From Candidatus Altimarinota bacterium (lineage in GTDB: Bacteria > Patescibacteriota > Gracilibacteria > CAIRYL01), in the NCBI GenBank assembly GCA_965250085.1, contig OZ252287.1:1280001-1344000 (forward strand): DNA of 64,000 nucleotides. Reading direction: 5' to 3'. Below, piece after piece: positions 58,566 through 64,000 of this stretch (position 1 is its first letter; each line of letters opens with the position of its first letter). Made by a program: the position numbers and the translations under genes. The notes beneath the pieces were generated by a model. The model was not told where the DNA came from and made no database searches. It was given only the letters and a program-made list of their open reading frames with translations.

Positions 58566-59974
58566 GAAAAACACTGCTCCAAATGCCAGGCGAAATTCAG
58601 AATTGTATCCTCTCCCAGTTGAGGGCCGATTAGCTGCACGCCTGTTGTGATATTACCAATTTTTTCTGTAGGCACGGCAATACCACATACCCCCGCAATA
58701 CTCGGACAGACGGTCAAAGCATCCGCTAAGTACATTTGGAGCGGATCATTTGATTTTTCTCCAAATTTAAATGGCAAAGAAGGGGATACGGGAGTGAGGA
58801 GCACATCTACCTCCTGAAAGATATCCTCATATTCTTTTTTCATAAGTGTACGAACTTTGGCAGCTTTGAGGTAATAGGCATCATAATATCCGGACGAAAG
58901 GACATATGTCCCCATCATAATGCATCGTTTTATTTCATCTCCAAATCCTTCAGATCGAGTTTTTTTGTAGATCTCTCTCAAATCTTTCCCCTTTTTGGAC
59001 AGATGCCCATAACGGATACCATCATATCGGGCGTAATTGGTTGATCCTTCTGCTTTTACGAGCAAGTAGTAGGTAGAGACTCCATATTTTGTAAGTGGTA
59101 ATGAGACTTCCACAACCTGAACTCCTTTTTTTCTGAGAGCCTCTGCGGCATTTTCCACTACTTTCTTTATTTTTGGATCAAGACCTTCTGCCTCCATATA
59201 TTCTTTCACAATTCCCACTTTTTTCCCTGTGATATCTTGGTCCAGGTTTTCAGAGTATTTGGGAACGGGAGCATCAAGGGTCGTGGAGTCCTTTTTGTCT
59301 TTTCCTGCAATGACCTCAAGCACGATGGCCACATCTTCCACTGTTTTTGCAAATGGCCCGATAGTATCAAAACTTGATGCATATGCTAAAGCTCCGTATC
59401 GTGACACACGTCCATAACTGGGCTTGAGGCCCACCACCCCACAAAAGTTAGACGGGAGACGAATAGACCCTCCGGTGTCAGTCCCCAGGGAAAACGCGCA
59501 TTCGCTTGCAGCAACAGCTGCCGCAGATCCACCTGATGATCCTCCGGGAACAAGAGAAGTATCCTGAGGATTTTTTACTGGTTTATATGCAGAGTATTCA
59601 TTAGAGACTCCATTCGCAAATTCGTCACAATTCGTTTTTCCGAGATTTACAAATCCCGCCTTTTTTAGTTTTTTCACCACGGTTGCGTCATAGGGTGGCA
59701 CAAAATTCTCTAATATCTTAGACCCACCAGTGGTGCGAACCCCTTTGGTACAAATCACATCTTTAATACTTCCTGGAATACCAGAGAGGGGCGCAGAAAA
59801 ATCTTTTTTCGTATCTATTTCTTTTGCCTTTTTTAAAGCTTCATTTTTTGTCACGGTCAAAAAAGCACCAAGTTCCCCATCTTTTTTTTCAATGAGTGAG
59901 AGATATTTTTTCGTTTCATTTGTACAAGTAGTTTGGCCTGATTGGTATGCCGATAGAAGTGATGGTATGGACAT
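58562..59974 (-). CDS. gatA: Asp/Glu-tRNA amidotransferase subunit A
   Basis: GKTNCDEFA, PGGSSGGS, GTDTGGSIR and ARYDGIRYG. Confidence 0.97.
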   Translation of the reverse strand: MSIPSLLSAYQSGQTTCTNETKKYLSLIEKKDGELGAFLTVTKNEALKKAKEIDTKKDFSAPLSGIPGSIKDVICTKGVRTTGGSKILENFVPPYDATVVKKLKKAGFVNLGKTNCDEFANGVSNEYSAYKPVKNPQDTSLVPGGSSGGSAAAVAASECAFSLGTDTGGSIRLPSNFCGVVGLKPSYGRVSRYGALAYASSFDTIGPFAKTVEDVAIVLEVIAGKDKKDSTTLDAPVPKYSENLDQDITGKKVGIVKEYMEAEGLDPKIKKVVENAAEALRKKGVQVVEVSLPLTKYGVSTYYLLVKAEGSTNYARYDGIRYGHLSKKGKDLREIYKKTRSEGFGDEIKRCIMMGTYVLSSGYYDAYYLKAAKVRTLMKKEYEDIFQEVDVLLTPVSPSLPFKFGEKSNDPLQMYLADALTVCPSIAGVCGIAVPTEKIGNITTGVQLIGPQLGEDTILNFAWHLEQCFS

Positions 59975-60131
59975 AGATTCAATTACGAATGAACAATTAC
60001 CAAATTACGAATTAAAAAATGACAAGTAGTAAGAATGAAGCGATAAGTAGTAAGTAACAAGGAGGCAAGAGCCCAGTACGTATTCATCTCGGAATTCTAA
60101 ATTTTTGCTTGAGACTGGACTACTTGTATAT

Positions 60132-60416
60132 TTAAAGAACTTCGTTCACTTCAATTTGATGATCCTTGACTTTATGTGGAGATGCTTTCAGAAGTTCGTC
60201 AGAATACCCACACTTATCGACGTGATCTTCTCTGGTGACATTTTTGAGTCCTGTCACTTGAGCAGTTGGCTCTACGCCATCTGTATCCACTTCTTGGAGT
60301 GCATCAAAAAAATCAAGAATATCAGAGAGTTCTCTAGAAAACTTCTGCATCTCCTCATCATTGAGTTCAAGATGAGCAAGGGTGGCAACGCGCCTAATCT
60401 CTTCTTCTGAGATCAT
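60132..60416 (-). CDS. gatC: Asp/Glu-tRNA amidotransferase subunit C
   Basis: ISEEEIRRVATLAHL...LQEVDTDGVEPT...NVTRED. Confidence 0.95.
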   Translation of the reverse strand: MISEEEIRRVATLAHLELNDEEMQKFSRELSDILDFFDALQEVDTDGVEPTAQVTGLKNVTREDHVDKCGYSDELLKASPHKVKDHQIEVNEVL

Positions 60417-60535
60417 GTTGGTCTCCTATAAAAATCGAGCAAAATTGTACCTCAAGGTCAGGCACGTGTCCAAGCTTGCCAGTACACTACTTTTTTTGAA
60501 ACAATACCTCATGATACATATCTTCAAAAAATGAA

Positions 60536-60868
60536 ATGAAATTCCTCCGAGATCTTCATGCTGTCAGCGAGTTTTTCTTCTATGTTTTTGGTTTTATATT
60601 TCTCTTTGCACTCCTTTGCTGGAGGAATGAGTTTTATCCACATATTGCCGAAATGACCCTGAGATACGGAGACTTGCCATTTGCTTTTATTGCGCTGCTT
60701 TTTGCAGGGACGAGTCTCAGGCTTTCACTTACCTATGAAAATATGAAAACAAAAGAGTCAGAAGAAGATACAGAAAATCCTATTATAGACACAGGATTCC
60801 TTGTGGTAGGGACCTTTCTATTCCTTATAGTCGTTTTCGTAGATCTTGTGTTGCCAGATGTTATATAG
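60536..60868 (+). CDS. small three-TM membrane protein
   Basis: Three hydrophobic segments and DLPFAFIALL. Confidence 0.7.
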   Translation: MKFLRDLHAVSEFFFYVFGFIFLFALLCWRNEFYPHIAEMTLRYGDLPFAFIALLFAGTSLRLSLTYENMKTKESEEDTENPIIDTGFLVVGTFLFLIVVFVDLVLPDVI

Positions 60869-60902
60869 ATTGAAAGGAGAAGCTCTCATAGTATAAAAAA
60901 AA

Positions 60903-61727
60903 ATGTTTAGAAAACTTCTCAAGAAAAATCAGCCAATAATTATGGGAGTACTCAACGTAACCCCCGACTCATTTTCTGATGGCGGTGATTTTTTAGATCC
61001 GCAAAAGGCTCTTCAAAAAGCCCAAGAGATGCTGGAGCATGGTGCAGATATTATTGATATTGGAGCTGAGAGCTCTGCTCCAAATTCCAAAGAAGTCTCT
61101 GAACAAGAAGAGTGGAAAAGGCTTGAGAATATCCTTCCGACTTTACAAGAAGCGAATATTCCGTTTTCGATCGACACCTATAAAAGCTCTATTGCTCGCA
61201 AAGCGCTCAAATTTGGAGCTACAATGGTTAATGATGTTACTGCATTAAGAAGGGACTCTCAGATGGCGGAAGTCCTTTCAGAATTTCCGAAAAGTTTCAT
61301 ATGTCTTATGTACAGTAAAGATGCATCAACCCGTACAACATTTGAAAATTCTAAAAAAACAAATATTATCCAAACGATAAGTGATTTCTTTGTTGAGAGA
61401 ATTTATTTTGCGAAAAAGAAAAGGATTTCAGAGAATCGTATTGTCCTTGATCCTGGTATGGGAGCATTCCTCTCTTCCGATCCTTCAAAAAGTTTTGAGG
61501 TTCTCAGAAATCTTGATAAGTTTCAAAAATTTGATTGTCCTCTTCTGGTCGGAACATCACGAAAAAGCTTCCTTCGTGAAATTTCTGACACAAACAATCC
61601 CCAAAACCGCACCATTGCTTCAATCACATCATCTCTTGTGGCTCTCCAAAATGGTGCCCAAATAGTGCGAGTACACGATGTGCAACAAATGAAAGAAGCC
61701 ATAGAAACATGGCAAGCAATAATCTAA
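60903..61727 (+). CDS. folP: dihydropteroate synthase
   Basis: IMGVLNVTPDSFSDGG, SIDTYK, DPGMG, GTSRKSF and VRVHDV. Confidence 0.95.
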   Translation: MFRKLLKKNQPIIMGVLNVTPDSFSDGGDFLDPQKALQKAQEMLEHGADIIDIGAESSAPNSKEVSEQEEWKRLENILPTLQEANIPFSIDTYKSSIARKALKFGATMVNDVTALRRDSQMAEVLSEFPKSFICLMYSKDASTRTTFENSKKTNIIQTISDFFVERIYFAKKKRISENRIVLDPGMGAFLSSDPSKSFEVLRNLDKFQKFDCPLLVGTSRKSFLREISDTNNPQNRTIASITSSLVALQNGAQIVRVHDVQQMKEAIETWQAII

Positions 61728-61733
61728 ATTTGC

Positions 61734-61937
61734 CTACACCACTGCCAAAGTTCCAATTCCTGCAATAACAGCGCCACTCCATTTCTGCATAGTGGCTCTA
61801 TTTTCTCCAATACTTCTTTGTAAACCTGAGGGAGCTATCGCTTCTGCTAAAGCAACCGGTACAGCGCCGATCATTCGAACTCCTGTTTCAAGTGCACCTT
61901 GTATAATTCCCGAAGATGGACGATTTTCTAGCGTCAT
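61734..61937 (-). CDS. small hypothetical protein
   Basis: 67 aa with a hydrophobic C-terminus. Fills the gap in the minus-strand run. Confidence 0.5.
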   Translation of the reverse strand: MTLENRPSSGIIQGALETGVRMIGAVPVALAEAIAPSGLQRSIGENRATMQKWSGAVIAGIGTLAVV

Positions 61938-61954
61938 ACATTGAGAAGAAAGTT

Positions 61955-62242
61955 TTAAAGAGTATTACAAACAGGAGATTGAAGTGCTTCTAGCATTCTA
62001 TGTCGACTATTTGCGTACTGAAGAGGACTGAGTTCTCCTTGTTCAAATCTTTGCAAAAGATCATCCATGGCTTCATCATTATAAACAAAGCCCCGCGAAA
62101 CAGAGGGAAGTAAACGTTCGAAGGCATCTCTGACACCTTCTGTGACGCGTGCGAATACTTGCGAAACACTTCTCAGCAATTTTTCTTTTGGAACGGCAGA
62201 TTTTTGTAGATTTTCACTCATTATCATATAAATTAAAACCAA
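61955..62242 (-). CDS. small hypothetical protein
   Basis: 95-aa ORF; the true start may be MSENL. Confidence 0.55.
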   Translation of the reverse strand: MVLIYMIMSENLQKSAVPKEKLLRSVSQVFARVTEGVRDAFERLLPSVSRGFVYNDEAMDDLLQRFEQGELSPLQYANSRHRMLEALQSPVCNTL

Positions 62243-62291
62243 GGATATAATACTCCCTTTTTTAAAATCTGCAACTTACTGAAGGGCTCTT

Positions 62292-62687
62292 TTATGCTAT
62301 CGCCCCAAACAATCCTCCGTAGTACCCGAGGATGAGTCCAAGTGCAAGAACAATAAGTGCCATAACCCTGAGTGATCCTTCGGTTTTATACATACCCATA
62401 GCCCAATTTAAAAATGCTTTTGGAAACAGGAGGAGTCCAAGTCCCTTGAGAAGGGCCAGCCATCCTACGATGGTAATGATCACCATCCAGCTCTGTTCCC
62501 AGACATTATGATAAGTGACCAAGAGGAATCCAACGACTAGGGCCAAAACACCTCCAAAATAGATTACGAGAGAGTCACCCTTGAAGGCTTTGATCATGCC
62601 CATGTAGTGCTTAGTGTTCATGAGCATTCCCAGACCAACAACGATCCAGACGACAGCAAACAGCTGTGCAATAAGGAGAGTATCCAT
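62292..62687 (-). CDS. four-TM membrane protein
   Basis: HNVW...IITIVGWLALLKG...LLFP. Confidence 0.8.
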   Translation of the reverse strand: MDTLLIAQLFAVVWIVVGLGMLMNTKHYMGMIKAFKGDSLVIYFGGVLALVVGFLLVTYHNVWEQSWMVIITIVGWLALLKGLGLLLFPKAFLNWAMGMYKTEGSLRVMALIVLALGLILGYYGGLFGAIA

Positions 62688-62751
62688 AAAAAAAGGGGGT
62701 AAAAGGAAAAAGATGTTTCTACTGTACTATTTTTGTATACAAAAACACAAG

Positions 62752-63531
62752 TTATTTTCCTTTTGAATTTTGTGAATGCAATACTTCCACCATCACGAAG
62801 CTAATGATCATGAGCAAAAACCATGATCCAAGTTTTGCAAGTGAGACGAGGTGCCACTCGTTTTCTTGACTCGGGTACAGCCATGCTTTGGAAAATGTCC
62901 CAATGTTTTCGGCAAGATAAATAAAAAATGAGATGAGAAAAAACCCCAAAAGCAGTGGCATGCTTCGTTCTTTTGTCGTCACCGTAAATAGGACTTTTGT
63001 TTTCCAAAAGAGCCAAAATGTCCCCAAAAATAAGAGAATGCGAATATCAGGGATATAGTGATGTGTAAAAAAATTGGCATAAATGAGACCAATAAGAATG
63101 ATTGCGAACATTTGCCTTGGATATCCTGGATACTGGAGTTTCATTACTCGCCTGGACCGAGCAATATAGCTTCCCACGGCTGAATACATGAATCCGGAAA
63201 AAAGAGGCACATTGCCAATATGAAAAATAGAAGCTTCTGGATAACTCCACGAACCAATGCCTGATGACGTTTTGAATATTTCCATCACTGTTCCAACAAT
63301 ATGGAACAAAAAAATTACTTTTGCTTCTGAAAGTGTTTCGAATTTGAAAATAATGAGGAGCGCTTGAACGACAATGGCGTAGAGAAACAAAAAATCATAC
63401 CGATAAAATGCAGTCCACTGGAAATATGAAGAAGCAATAATCGCTACTAGCATCAGCCCGCCAAAGAGACATGCCCAGGCTTGTTTTATGCCGAAAGTAA
63501 GGAATTCATGGAAGAAAGATTCAAGGTTCAT
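62752..63531 (-). CDS. DUF817-family membrane protein
   Basis: FGIKQAWACLF, RYDFL, VPLFSGFMYSAVGSY and AENIGTF. Confidence 0.9.
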   Translation of the reverse strand: MNLESFFHEFLTFGIKQAWACLFGGLMLVAIIASSYFQWTAFYRYDFLFLYAIVVQALLIIFKFETLSEAKVIFLFHIVGTVMEIFKTSSGIGSWSYPEASIFHIGNVPLFSGFMYSAVGSYIARSRRVMKLQYPGYPRQMFAIILIGLIYANFFTHHYIPDIRILLFLGTFWLFWKTKVLFTVTTKERSMPLLLGFFLISFFIYLAENIGTFSKAWLYPSQENEWHLVSLAKLGSWFLLMIISFVMVEVLHSQNSKGK

Positions 63532-63542
63532 ATGTGAATATT

Positions 63543-64000
63543 TTATCTGAGTCTTCTTCCAATTTCCCGCTCTATAAAATCACGATCTCGGGCAAATTTG
63601 AGCCTCGACAGCTGACGATATGCCTCAGCAGCTTCTTCGTCTTTTCCGGTAGGATCGTAAATAGTTTTCATCACAAATCCACGAGAAGTGGTGTTGTCGA
63701 TATTGAGTTTGATATAGGCGTAATATTTCTCAATATTGATCAAATCTTGCTCAGTAAAGACCGGCTGAAATTCTTTTGCCATGGTTTCAGCGTCCTGCGC
63801 CCCGATCTTGAAGCACATCATAGTTCCCACATTTCCAAATACAGCATCACGGATACTGGTATCTTCGTGTGTTCCTTTTCCTCCACCATCCATCTTGGTG
63901 ATCTGTGAAATATACTGATGGGCGACAATCAGCCCCAGTCGATACTTTCTCGCCTCAGACAAAATAGAAGTAAATGAATCGGTCACAAAGTTTTGAAACT
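63543..64000 (-). CDS. C-terminus of a TraD/VirD4-like coupling ATPase (cut by the window edge)
   Basis: FQNFVTDSFTSILSEARKYRLGLIVAHQYISQ...AVFGNVGT. The frame is open to the window end. Confidence 0.88.
   Translation of the reverse strand, partial: FQNFVTDSFTSILSEARKYRLGLIVAHQYISQITKMDGGGKGTHEDTSIRDAVFGNVGTMMCFKIGAQDAETMAKEFQPVFTEQDLINIEKYYAYIKLNIDNTTSRGFVMKTIYDPTGKDEEAAEAYRQLSRLKFARDRDFIEREIGRRLR

Noticed and set aside
1-64000. Genetic code 25 (UGA=Gly, as in Gracilibacteria)
   Set aside because: Long core genes are intact under code 11, and trpS and mscS end at TGA at their expected C-termini.

Overview
An AT-rich bacterial chromosomal window read with genetic code 11 (TGA serves as stop). 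The gene content suggests a Patescibacteria/CPR organism, probably Peregrinibacteria-like: VirB2-type pilins, class I LysRS, a TrmB regulator beside a Cys-rich protein, and a solo serine recombinase. This taxonomy is inference. Positions 1 to about 15.6 kb look like an accessory island. It holds a five-repeat protein, a TPR-S/DUF4071-like protein fused to an EDR1/transglutaminase-like Cys-His-Asp domain, an IS256-type element (26-bp IRs, 9-bp TSD), two radical SAM genes, a methyltransferase-like gene, an ATP-grasp ligase, pnuC-nadR and a serine recombinase followed by two tRNA-3'-end-like repeats. The rest is mostly housekeeping and envelope genes: dipZ/trx, rny, secA, a plant-type double-domain ddl, a pilin/pilin-PKD operon, pepD, OFOR alpha/beta plus flavodoxin, mscS, lysS, trpS, topA, an SLT muramidase, gatCA and folP. 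There are two near-identical 710-bp IS1595 copies, one of which splits a sigma70-like promoter. Several palindromic repeat families are present, and one has inserted in frame into two genes. A promoter-driven candidate ncRNA lies near 25.1 kb. No rRNA, intact tRNA or CRISPR array was recognised. All family assignments come from motif recognition by eye; no database searches were run.
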